From positions 8,349 through 72,348 of the forward strand of contig JAHWKU010000007.1 of NCBI GenBank assembly GCA_019347715.1: 64,000 bases of DNA, given 5' to 3'. The stretch's first letter is position 1. The number at the start of each line of letters is the position of its first letter. Origin of the DNA: Actinomycetota bacterium. GTDB taxonomy: Bacteria > Actinomycetota > CADDZG01 > JAHWKV01. A model generated the notes under the pieces. The model saw nothing but the letters and a program-made list of their open reading frames with translations, was not told the origin of the DNA and did no database searches. This document shows positions 1 to 8,472 of this stretch, in pieces. Made by a program: the position numbers and the translations under genes.

Positions 1-49
1 TCGGCAAGATCTGACCTTCCTCCGATTCGCTCACGAAGCTCTCTATCGC

Positions 50-1327
50 TCATAGCTCCCCGCTATTCTGATCGAAGCGCGCCTCAACCGCCCGCGCGTG
101 GTTCGGGAGCCCCTCAACGTCAGCAAATGCTCGGATCGCGTCACGGGAGCGTTGGAGTGAATCCCTCGTGTGGACAACCACGGCGCTGGTTTTCTGGAAA
201 TGAGACGCTCTCAGCCCCGAGGCCCACCTTGCTGCCCCTCCAGTCGGCAGGACATGGTTGGTCCCAGCGAAGTAATCGCCGAGAGAAACCGGAGAGTAGG
301 TGCCGGCGAAAATAGCCCCTGCATTTTGGAAACGGTGCAGCTCCTCTTCGGCTCCGTCAAACACCAGCTCGAGATGTTCGGGAGCGAGAGCGTTCATGGC
401 CTCGGCAGCGTGATCGAGTCCATGCACCAAAGCTGCGACGAAGCCCTCATCGAGGGCTGATCGCAGCTCTGCGGGGGCTTCGATCTCATCGAGAACGAGG
501 GAAACTTCGGCAGCGACTTGCTCCGCCATGTGTTCGACCCACGTCACCAGCACCCCAAGCCCATGGGGACCGTGTTCGGCCTGGGCAATCAGATCATGGG
601 CCATGACTCTTGGAGATGAGGTCTGATCGGCGACAATCGCGATCTCACTTGGTCCTGCCACGGAGTCGATGCCAACATGGCCGGCAACCTCTCGTTTGGC
701 GAGAGCCACATAAACATTGCCCGGTCCAACGATCACCTGAACGGGCCGGATCGTTTCGGTCCCGAAAGCGAGCGCGGCGATCGCTTGGGCCCCTCCGATC
801 GCATAGACCTCATCGATGCCGCATATTCCGGCCGCTGCCAGAGTCACGGAAGGAATCGTGCCGCCGGCGCCGGGGGGCACACACAGAACGATCTCTTTCA
901 CCCCGGCGACCTTCGCCGGGATCACCGTCATCAGCACGGAAGATGGATATGCTGCTCTTCCCCCGGGAACGTATGCCCCGGCGCGGCCCACCGGGGAGAC
1001 CTGCTCCCCTATCCGCCCGCCTCCAACCTCGGCCGTCCATGGCTCGATCAGCTGGCGTTCGGCGAATGCCCGGATACGAACCGAAGCGTCTTCGATTGCT
1101 CCTCGGATACCGTCGGGCAGACTCTTAGAGGCCTCGCCGATATCGGCCTCGGGGACCCTGAGGTTCTCGAGAGCCACACCATCGAAGCGCTTCGTATATT
1201 CGAAGAGAGCTGCGTCCCCCCTGGTTCTTACGTCCTCGAGGATCTCGCGCACGGCGGTCACTGGGCCCTCTGCGACTGGCGGTCTCGTGAGGCCCTCTGG
1301 GTCATCTCTCAGATCGACGATGCGCAA
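50..1327 (-). CDS. hisD: Histidinol dehydrogenase
   Basis: Translation has HisD hallmarks (…AIGGAQAIAALAFGTETI…VGPGNVYV…DLIAQAEHGP…GDYFAGTNHVLPTGG…). The track ORF extends to 1678 but overlaps the upstream gene. A GGAG-N6-TTG at ~1327 gives a 425-aa product typical for HisD. Confidence 0.85.
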   Translation of the reverse strand: MRIVDLRDDPEGLTRPPVAEGPVTAVREILEDVRTRGDAALFEYTKRFDGVALENLRVPEADIGEASKSLPDGIRGAIEDASVRIRAFAERQLIEPWTAEVGGGRIGEQVSPVGRAGAYVPGGRAAYPSSVLMTVIPAKVAGVKEIVLCVPPGAGGTIPSVTLAAAGICGIDEVYAIGGAQAIAALAFGTETIRPVQVIVGPGNVYVALAKREVAGHVGIDSVAGPSEIAIVADQTSSPRVMAHDLIAQAEHGPHGLGVLVTWVEHMAEQVAAEVSLVLDEIEAPAELRSALDEGFVAALVHGLDHAAEAMNALAPEHLELVFDGAEEELHRFQNAGAIFAGTYSPVSLGDYFAGTNHVLPTGGAARWASGLRASHFQKTSAVVVHTRDSLQRSRDAIRAFADVEGLPNHARAVEARFDQNSGEL

Positions 1328-1368
1328 TTTGATCTCCTGACTCGAGTGTATGGGGAAAGCCTGGTGGC

Positions 1369-1884
1369 TTACAGGAAAGCAGACTCGCCGCTGTGATCCT
1401 CTTTTGAGTCGAGGACGCGGCGATGAGTCACCGGATGTCGTTGCCCTTGCAGCGTCCACCAAACCCACAGCAGGACTACCAGGGCGAGAACGGGGGCGAA
1501 CACAAGCGGAGTGTCGATGATCCAGTGGCTCCCCGGGAGCCTTCCGGTGAGCAGATCGCCGATATGAGTGGCGGCATGAGACGCATATGAGACGAGCGTT
1601 ACGACCAGTGCAACTCCTCCGAAACGCACCGGGTTCGTCAGTGCGAAGAGGAAAAGTATTCCTCCAGCCAGGTACCATCCACCGAGGTCTCGGACGAAGT
1701 GCTCGTTCAACACGCCGGTGTCGCCAATTGCTCCGGGGAATACCTCGAACCAGTTAGCCGGCGCCGCCACCATCCACGCGCCCACGGCGAGGCTCATGAT
1801 CCCGCCGATGCCGAATCCCAGCTTGAGGAGTTTTTCCAGTACCGAAGCGAGGTCGCTCTGCGCTTCAGTCGCGGTTGTGCTCAT
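1369..1884 (-). CDS. Hypothetical polytopic membrane protein (~4 predicted TM segments)
   Basis: 171-aa ORF with good coding appearance and several hydrophobic helices. No motif I can assign to a named family. Confidence 0.5.
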   Translation of the reverse strand: MSTTATEAQSDLASVLEKLLKLGFGIGGIMSLAVGAWMVAAPANWFEVFPGAIGDTGVLNEHFVRDLGGWYLAGGILFLFALTNPVRFGGVALVVTLVSYASHAATHIGDLLTGRLPGSHWIIDTPLVFAPVLALVVLLWVWWTLQGQRHPVTHRRVLDSKEDHSGESAFL

Positions 1885-1945
1885 GATCAGATTGTACTTC
1901 CGCCCCTAGAGAAACCGTCCGCATTCCTAGTGGGCCCACTGGCCA

Positions 1946-4900
1946 TTACTCGACCAGGGCGTCCGGGCCGAAAACTGTCTTCAGCTCCGCGAAAAGCCCG
2001 TTTCTGAGCTCGACCGAGTAGCCCCCTCCGAGCCTCAAGATCTTGATCGTTCTCTGCGTCGCAAGATGGAGCAAAACAGGGGAAGGCCCGGGATGTGCCG
2101 AGAGGATCGCCTTCAATTCTTCCAAACGGTCCGGAGTGCATGAGGATGCCGGCATCTTGATCTTGAGAGGAGTAACCGCCCCTGAGAGATCCGGTTTGAT
2201 CACCTCGAGTGCAGCCAGCTTGACCGCGTCATCACCGGATTCGACTCTGGCCTTCAGGATCACGATCTGGTCCTCCTCGATCAGCCCCGGAGTAGTGGCC
2301 TGGACAACCTGCGGCCAGAAGTTCACCTCGACCGAGCCTTTCAAGTCTTCGAGGACCCCGGTGAAATAGAGATCTCCCTTCTTGGTGAACTTTCGCGTCA
2401 ACCTCGAGAGCACTCCGCCTACCTTTCGGACTTCCCGGTCTCTTACCTCGTCGAGATCTGGCACCTCACAATCAGCCTGATAGCGGATAGCGGTCTCGAA
2501 CGCGCCAAGTGGATGCTCCGAAACGTAAAAACCCAGCATCTCCTTCTCCGCTCGCAAGAGGTCTCTGTTGGGTATCTCGATGAATTCTGCAGGATGATGA
2601 AATCCGTTCTCACGTTGTTCGGGATTCTCTTTTGCTCCGGCAAACAGCGAGAACTGGCCCGCGTCCTCTGATCGCTTTTCCTGAACGATCCCCTCGAGGG
2701 TTCTCACCGTCGGCTCGGAAATAGTCAGTCCACCTGTAGTGGAATCAACCGACAGCAGAGCCGAACGGGAAATCGCAAGCGAGTCGAATGCTCCAGCCTT
2801 TCCGAGGCTCTCGATAACTTTCTTGTTCAGACATGATGACTCCACACGTTTGCAGAAGTCTCTGAAGGAACTGAAGCTTCCTCCTGCGGAACGTCTTGCC
2901 TGAATTATGCGCTCCGCAACCTGTTCCCCGACGTTACGGATAGCAGATAGGCCGAACAGGACCTCGTCCCCCCGAGGGGTGAAGTCGAGGTCGCTCTCGT
3001 TTACGTCCGGAGGCAGCACTTTGATCCCGAGCACCCGGCACTCACCCAGGTAGATGGGCATGCGGTCGGTGTTCGACTTGACCGACGTGAGTAATGCGGC
3101 CATGTACTCGACCGGGTAATGAGCTTTCAGCCATGCAGTCTGGTAGGCAATGACTCCGTACCCGTTGGCGTGGGCGCGGTTGAAGGAATATCCCGCGAAT
3201 GGACGAATCAGCTCCCACAATCCATCAGCTTCCTGCTGGGTCAGACCACTGGCCAGGCATCCCTTGGTGAATCGTGGCCTGGCCGTCGCAAGAATGTCGC
3301 TCTTCTTCTTTGCAATCCCGCGCTGAACGATGTCGGCTTCCTGCGGAGAAAATCCGGCGATCGTCTGGAGCATTTGCGTGACCTGCTCCTGGTACACGAT
3401 CACCCCGTTGGTGTCAGAGAGGACCGGCTCGAGCAATCGGTGGAAATAGGAGATCGTGTCAGGTTGGTGCTTTCCCTTCACGTAGCGACCGATCTCTTCC
3501 ATGGGCCCCGGACGGTATAGAGCGATAAGGGCGGCTATCTCTTCAAAACGATCCGGTCGCAGCTGCCGCAGCAGGCGGGTCATGCCCGCCGACTCCATCT
3601 GAAAGACGCCGGCGGAACTTCCGCTCCTCAACAGCTCGAATACCTTGGGGTCATCCAGAGGGAGATGATCGACGTCGACCTCGACTCCGCGGTTGCGCTT
3701 GATGTGTTCGACAGTGTCGCCGATGACGGTGAGGTTGCGCAGCCCAAGAAAGTCGATCTTCAGCAGGCCGATCTGCTCGACTGCATTCATTTCGTATTGG
3801 GTCACGATGTCACCGTCGGTCCGTTGCAGCGGAACGTGGTTCACAAGCGGCTCGCGGCCGATGACAACTCCTGCCGCATGCACCGAGTGCTGGCGCCGCA
3901 AGCCCTCGAGCTTTCGCGCCGCGTCGATTACCTGACGGGAGATCTCGTCTTCTTCATAGGCCTTTCGAAGCTCCGCAGCATTCGAATAAGCCTGGTTCCG
4001 TCCGCTGTCCTCGGGCCATTCCCTCGCCTTGTCGAAGCAGGCCTCGAACGGAGCCTCCTTCCCGAGGACGAGGGCTGGATAGACCTTGGCCAAGCGATCC
4101 CCAACCGAGTAAGGGAACCCGAGCACCCTTGCGGCGTCTCGCAGCGCCTGCTTGGCCTTGATCGTGGAAAACGTGATGATCTGAGCAACGCGGTCCTCGC
4201 CATATTTCTCACTCACATACCGGATCACTTCCCCGCGCCTTCGTTCGTCGAAGTCGATGTCGGCATCCGGCATCTGCTGCCGAGCGGGATTCAAGAATCT
4301 CTCGAAGCCAAGCCCCCAGCGGATAGGATCGAGGTCGGTGATGCTGAGGGAATAGGCAACGATCGAGCAGCCGACCGAGCCGCGGCCGGGGCCGACTCGA
4401 ATCCCCTGCTTCTTGGCCCATCCAACGAAATCCGCGACGATCAGAAAGTAACCGGCGAAGCCCATCTGCTCGATGACCTTCAGCTCACTGTCGATGCGTT
4501 CTCCGACCTGGTGGCTGATTTCTCCGTAGCGAAGCCTGGCACCATCGAATGTGGTTTTCCTCAAATGGGAGTCAAGGGTTTCGTCCTTTGGGACTTCGAA
4601 TATCGGCTGCAGCATCTGGTGCAGATCGATCTCGATATCGCACATCTCTGCGACCAACAGAGTGTTCTCAACGGCCTGGGGATATTCGACGAAGGCCGAC
4701 CGCATCTCCTCCGGACTCTTTAGATAGAACTCGTCGGTATCGAATTTCATCCGAGCTTCGTCCGACAGCTCCTTACCGGTTTGAATGCAGAGAAGGATGT
4801 CGTGGGCCTCGGCGTCGTCCTTGTGGGTGTAATGCGAGTCGTTGGTGGCAACGAGAGGAATCCCAAGGCGTCCGGCAATCGCTGCAAGCTGCTCGTTCAA

Positions 4901-5458
4901 TTCATGCTGTTCGGTGATGCCCTGGTTCTGCATCTCGATGAAGTAACGGTCTCCGAAGATCTCGCGGTATTCCTCTGCAACTTTGGTCGCTTCGTCGACT
5001 CTTCCCTGAACGATGTTCTTGGCTACCTCTCCGGACAGACACCCAGACAGAACCACAAGGCCATCCGAATAGGCTGCAAGCAGCTCCTTGTCCAGACGGG
5101 GCCTGCGGGAACGTGAGTCGTACCCTTCGAGATATCCGAGGGTAGATAGCTTCATGAGGTTCTTGTAGCCATCGGAGGTCGCGGCAAGCATCGTGAGGTG
5201 GTAGTACCAATCTTCACGCTGAGCCGGCCGGTCGAAGCGGCTCTTCGGAGCGACGTACCCTTCCATGCCGACTATGGGCTTTACTCCGGACGCTTTGCCC
5301 TGGAGATAAAAAGGGATCGCGCCGTACATCACGCCATGGTCCGTTAGAGCAATTGCCGGCATCCCGAGCTCGCCCACCCTCGAGAACATCTCCTTTATAC
5401 GGCTGGCCCCGTCCAGCATCGAGTACTCAGAGTGAGAATGGAGATGTACGAAGCTCAA
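1946..5458 (-). CDS. dnaE: DNA polymerase III alpha subunit (replicative DnaE1)
   Basis: 1170 aa. N-terminal PHP motif (MSFVHLHSHSEYSMLDGA…ALTDHG), polymerase core and OB-fold region. Synteny with hisD and rluD as in other Actinobacteria. Confidence 0.95.
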   Translation of the reverse strand: MSFVHLHSHSEYSMLDGASRIKEMFSRVGELGMPAIALTDHGVMYGAIPFYLQGKASGVKPIVGMEGYVAPKSRFDRPAQREDWYYHLTMLAATSDGYKNLMKLSTLGYLEGYDSRSRRPRLDKELLAAYSDGLVVLSGCLSGEVAKNIVQGRVDEATKVAEEYREIFGDRYFIEMQNQGITEQHELNEQLAAIAGRLGIPLVATNDSHYTHKDDAEAHDILLCIQTGKELSDEARMKFDTDEFYLKSPEEMRSAFVEYPQAVENTLLVAEMCDIEIDLHQMLQPIFEVPKDETLDSHLRKTTFDGARLRYGEISHQVGERIDSELKVIEQMGFAGYFLIVADFVGWAKKQGIRVGPGRGSVGCSIVAYSLSITDLDPIRWGLGFERFLNPARQQMPDADIDFDERRRGEVIRYVSEKYGEDRVAQIITFSTIKAKQALRDAARVLGFPYSVGDRLAKVYPALVLGKEAPFEACFDKAREWPEDSGRNQAYSNAAELRKAYEEDEISRQVIDAARKLEGLRRQHSVHAAGVVIGREPLVNHVPLQRTDGDIVTQYEMNAVEQIGLLKIDFLGLRNLTVIGDTVEHIKRNRGVEVDVDHLPLDDPKVFELLRSGSSAGVFQMESAGMTRLLRQLRPDRFEEIAALIALYRPGPMEEIGRYVKGKHQPDTISYFHRLLEPVLSDTNGVIVYQEQVTQMLQTIAGFSPQEADIVQRGIAKKKSDILATARPRFTKGCLASGLTQQEADGLWELIRPFAGYSFNRAHANGYGVIAYQTAWLKAHYPVEYMAALLTSVKSNTDRMPIYLGECRVLGIKVLPPDVNESDLDFTPRGDEVLFGLSAIRNVGEQVAERIIQARRSAGGSFSSFRDFCKRVESSCLNKKVIESLGKAGAFDSLAISRSALLSVDSTTGGLTISEPTVRTLEGIVQEKRSEDAGQFSLFAGAKENPEQRENGFHHPAEFIEIPNRDLLRAEKEMLGFYVSEHPLGAFETAIRYQADCEVPDLDEVRDREVRKVGGVLSRLTRKFTKKGDLYFTGVLEDLKGSVEVNFWPQVVQATTPGLIEEDQIVILKARVESGDDAVKLAALEVIKPDLSGAVTPLKIKMPASSCTPDRLEELKAILSAHPGPSPVLLHLATQRTIKILRLGGGYSVELRNGLFAELKTVFGPDALVE

Positions 5459-5568
5459 ACGGCCTCCAGAGCGGGAAAAATTACAGGCTTGTAGTTCCGA
5501 CGACCCATCCTACTAATCCTCTCCGACAGGCTCAAGATTCTCCGAGACATTCCCCGAGATTGAGGGGT

Positions 5569-6300
5569 TCAGGAAGGGACGATTGCCCTGAACCGGTGCG
5601 TGTCGGGCGTAACGCCGGGGTCGTCGGGAACATCGACCAGGCGGATCCCGGCGACCTCTCCGGCCTTGGAGAGCGAGGCGTGGGTGCCTCTGACCACTAC
5701 GCCGTATACAACGGGCGCCTCGCCTTCCAGGATGGAGATGGCCCTCCTTCTGGATTCCGCGTCTTCCTGGTAGACCCTGCGGAACTCACCATCATTTACC
5801 GTCGGGATGATCTTCTCCAGCTCGGAAAGCTCCTCCTTTAAGGAAGCCAGGGTCTCCTGCCTGTAGGCATCGACGGAAGCCATGACGTCGCCCTCCGCTA
5901 AAGAGATCGACTCCGAGCTGTAGCCCGGCAGGGGAACGCGCACGTGAAGCGAGTGGGCATCGAGCTTGCTCGCTGCGAGGAACGATTCCGCCTGCCCCGC
6001 CGTTCTGTACGAATCGAACGAGACGACCGCGAAGGACTCCTCCCTTCCCGCTCCTGCTGAACGGTTTGCAAGCAATTCCTTTTTTCTCGCAACGTATTCC
6101 CCGATGTCCTCGTCCGGCCCGGGGCCGATCTCTCCCAGAGCGGCGGGGCCTTCGACGTCCGGCCGTAGATCCAGGTCGCTAGTCGGGGTAGTTCGATTCG
6201 AGATGACGACATTGGCAAGACCGCCGAGGAAGAGAATCGCACCAACCGTAAAGATCACGACTTCGGTCCGGTATCGAAGGAACGCGGTCTTGATTCTCAC
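5569..6300 (-). CDS. Hypothetical membrane-anchored protein
   Basis: 243-aa ORF with a single N-terminal TM helix. Its start overlaps the rluD stop (ATGA-type coupling). No recognisable domain. Confidence 0.45.
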   Translation of the reverse strand: MRIKTAFLRYRTEVVIFTVGAILFLGGLANVVISNRTTPTSDLDLRPDVEGPAALGEIGPGPDEDIGEYVARKKELLANRSAGAGREESFAVVSFDSYRTAGQAESFLAASKLDAHSLHVRVPLPGYSSESISLAEGDVMASVDAYRQETLASLKEELSELEKIIPTVNDGEFRRVYQEDAESRRRAISILEGEAPVVYGVVVRGTHASLSKAGEVAGIRLVDVPDDPGVTPDTHRFRAIVPS

Positions 6301-7202
6301 TGCATCTCCCGTGCGATCTCTAAGGCGCTCACGAGATCCTCGGGAAGAGGGTCGGTCACCGAGATCTCAATCCCAGAGATGGGGTGGATGAATTCCAGCG
6401 CATAAGCGTGAAGAAATGGCCTTCTCAAACCGAGCGTCTCTGCCAGCGATCTGGCCTTGGCGCCGTAGGTTGTATCTCCAACCACGGGATGCTCTATGTG
6501 CGATAGGTGAACTCTCACCTGGTGGGTCCTGCCGGTGACCAGGGAGATGTCCAGCAAGGACAGGCGGCCTGCGATCTCCTCTATGACCCGAAACTCTGTC
6601 ACCGCGGCTTTTCCCGCCCCGACGACGGCCATCTTGGTCGGGTTCCTGGCACCACGCCCGATGGGCGCATCGATCCTGCCCCCCGGCACGTCGAACTTGC
6701 CTATCACTAGCGCTCGATAGGTTCTCTTGATCTCTCTCTTTTTCATCGATGCCACGAGCCCACGGTACGCGTCGTCGGTCTTCCCCACGACGAGCAAGCC
6801 CGATGTTCCCTTGTCCAGCCTGTGAACGATGCCGGGACGTTCTGCTCCTCCCGCGGGAGCAAGCGGCATGACGGAGCTCAACGCCTCTACCAGGGTTGTT
6901 CCTCTCGGCTTGCCCGCCGGATGTACGACGACTGATGAAGGCTTGGAGACGACCGCCAGATGCTCGTCGGAATATCTGATCGCGAACTTAGCCGGGATTG
7001 CAGAGGTAGCCGGGGACTCTTTGGTGATCTCCACCAGCTGGCTGCCGGCGACCCGGACAGACTTCTTGGCCTTCTTTCCATCTACGGTCACCAAGCCCGT
7101 ATCGATGAGACGTTGAGCTTCGGCGCGCGAGAAGTGTCCGGCAGATGCCAGCCATGCATCCAGCCGTTCGCCTTCATCGGTGGAAGAAACAACGAACCTC
7201 AC
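6297..7202 (-). CDS. rluD: RluA-family 23S rRNA pseudouridine synthase (RluD-like)
   Basis: N-terminal S4-like region (RLDAWLA…) and catalytic motif HRLDKGTSGLLVVGKT. 4-nt overlap with lspA upstream. Confidence 0.85.
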   Translation of the reverse strand: MRFVVSSTDEGERLDAWLASAGHFSRAEAQRLIDTGLVTVDGKKAKKSVRVAGSQLVEITKESPATSAIPAKFAIRYSDEHLAVVSKPSSVVVHPAGKPRGTTLVEALSSVMPLAPAGGAERPGIVHRLDKGTSGLLVVGKTDDAYRGLVASMKKREIKRTYRALVIGKFDVPGGRIDAPIGRGARNPTKMAVVGAGKAAVTEFRVIEEIAGRLSLLDISLVTGRTHQVRVHLSHIEHPVVGDTTYGAKARSLAETLGLRRPFLHAYALEFIHPISGIEISVTDPLPEDLVSALEIAREMQ

Positions 7203-7651
7203 TTCGACGGTTCCTCTTTCCCCGGCTGGACGACTGCGGCGGCGAACAGGACGATGACGCCAAGGACGATGGCCGAGTCCGCAATGTTGAAAGTTGGCCA
7301 GAACGAGAGGTCCAGGAAATCGATCACCCGTCCCCTCATAGGGGCCGGGGGCCGAACAAGCCGGTCGATGAGATTTCCGATCCCGCCCCCAAGCACCATT
7401 CCGAATGCGCCGGGATTTTGCAGGTCTCTCAGCGCCCAGACCACAACCACGACGACGATCGCAAGACTGGCCGCAAAGAAGAAGAGGGTTGCTCCGGGAA
7501 ACAGACCGAAGGCACCACCAGGGTTAGTCGTCAGTCTGATACCGAAAACGTCCCCGAGGATCGCAATCCGCTCCCCTGGATCGAGGTTCGCCACGACCCA
7601 AGCCTTCGAAAGCTGGTCTGCCGCTATCACGACTGCCGCGGTAACGAGCAT
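7199..7651 (-). CDS. lspA: Lipoprotein signal peptidase II
   Basis: Conserved LspA blocks (NPGGAFGL…IGNLIDRL…FWPTFNIADSAI). The track ORF begins at 7768 but overlaps the neighbouring gene, so I placed the start at MLVTAAVV… (~7651). Confidence 0.85.
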   Translation of the reverse strand: MLVTAAVVIAADQLSKAWVVANLDPGERIAILGDVFGIRLTTNPGGAFGLFPGATLFFFAASLAIVVVVVVWALRDLQNPGAFGMVLGGGIGNLIDRLVRPPAPMRGRVIDFLDLSFWPTFNIADSAIVLGVIVLFAAAVVQPGKEEPSK

Positions 7652-7677
7652 GCCGGCGCGTGCTCGCCAGGTACTCC

Positions 7678-8310
7678 TTATCGGCGTTCTTCTCTTTTCT
7701 TGCAGTCCAGACAGAGCACCACGCTCGGGAGGGCTTTCAGACGGGCCGAATCGATTGGATTTCCGCATGACTCACAGACACCGTAGGTCCCTTCATCGAT
7801 CTTCTCAAGCGCCCGGTTCACCTTGACCAGCAGGTCCTGGACGTTGTTGGCGATGGAAAGGTCCTTCTCTCTCTCGAAAGTCGCGGATCCGGCATCAGCG
7901 TAATCGTCGGTGTCGTATCCGACTTCTCCGGAAACCTCAGATTGAGGAGACTGGAAAACCGATTCCTCGATGTCCTTCAATTGCTCTTCGAGCTCGGTCC
8001 GCTCGGTAACCAGGTTGTCTCGGATTGACTGAAGGGCAGTTGGGCTGAAGTGAACCCGCCTGGCTTTGGGCTTGGGCTTGACGGCCGGTTTGGGCTTGGC
8101 TTGAGGCTTTGTCTTTGGCGTGGCCGGCTTAGAAGAAGACGACTTGGCGCGAGGTGCAGCCTTCGGCTTGGCGGCAGACTTCCGTGTCGTCTTCTTCTTC
8201 GGAGCAGCAGCTGCCTTCTTTTTCACTGGCTTGGCTTTGGTCGACTTACGCGCGGCGGTTGCCGCCGGCTTCTTTTTCGATGAGATCTTTTTGGAAGGAT
8301 TCTTGGGCAT
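7678..8310 (-). CDS. DksA/TraR-family C4 zinc-finger protein with an N-terminal Lys/Ala/Pro-rich histone-H1-like tail
   Basis: C-terminal CESCGNPI…VLCLDCKK (CxxC-N17-CxxC) preceded by a coiled-coil segment. N-terminal ~110 aa is KKKPAATAARKSTKAKPVKKKAAAAPKKK… low complexity. Probable start at MPKNPSKK (8310). Confidence 0.75.
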   Translation of the reverse strand: MPKNPSKKISSKKKPAATAARKSTKAKPVKKKAAAAPKKKTTRKSAAKPKAAPRAKSSSSKPATPKTKPQAKPKPAVKPKPKARRVHFSPTALQSIRDNLVTERTELEEQLKDIEESVFQSPQSEVSGEVGYDTDDYADAGSATFEREKDLSIANNVQDLLVKVNRALEKIDEGTYGVCESCGNPIDSARLKALPSVVLCLDCKKREERR

Positions 8311-8472
8311 GTTCAAGGGAGAAAGATCGCGGGAGCCAGTACATTGATCGGTCCTACTGGCCGAAAGTCGGCGAAAGATAGCACGGAGGAGCGAGCGAGT
8401 CAAAGACGTGGCGTTCTATAGTAGATAGCCACGCCGGGCATCCCGCCCGGCGCGTTGACTTATGGGGCAAAG

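Noticed and set aside
3665-4723. Long antisense ORFs (e.g. 3665–4723, 9574–10509, 36309–37133, 42205–43119, 50551–51927, 50864–51664, 57971–58669, 62515–63267)
   Set aside because: All lie opposite or out of frame to strongly supported genes, have Arg/Gly/Pro-rich composition typical of high-GC antisense frames, and show no recognisable motifs.
8311-8472. Possible T-box leader upstream of ileS
   Set aside because: The ~160-nt divergent spacer is long enough, but I could not find the conserved T-box core (AGGGUGGNACCGCG) or a convincing specifier/antiterminator arrangement by eye. An Rfam scan would settle it.
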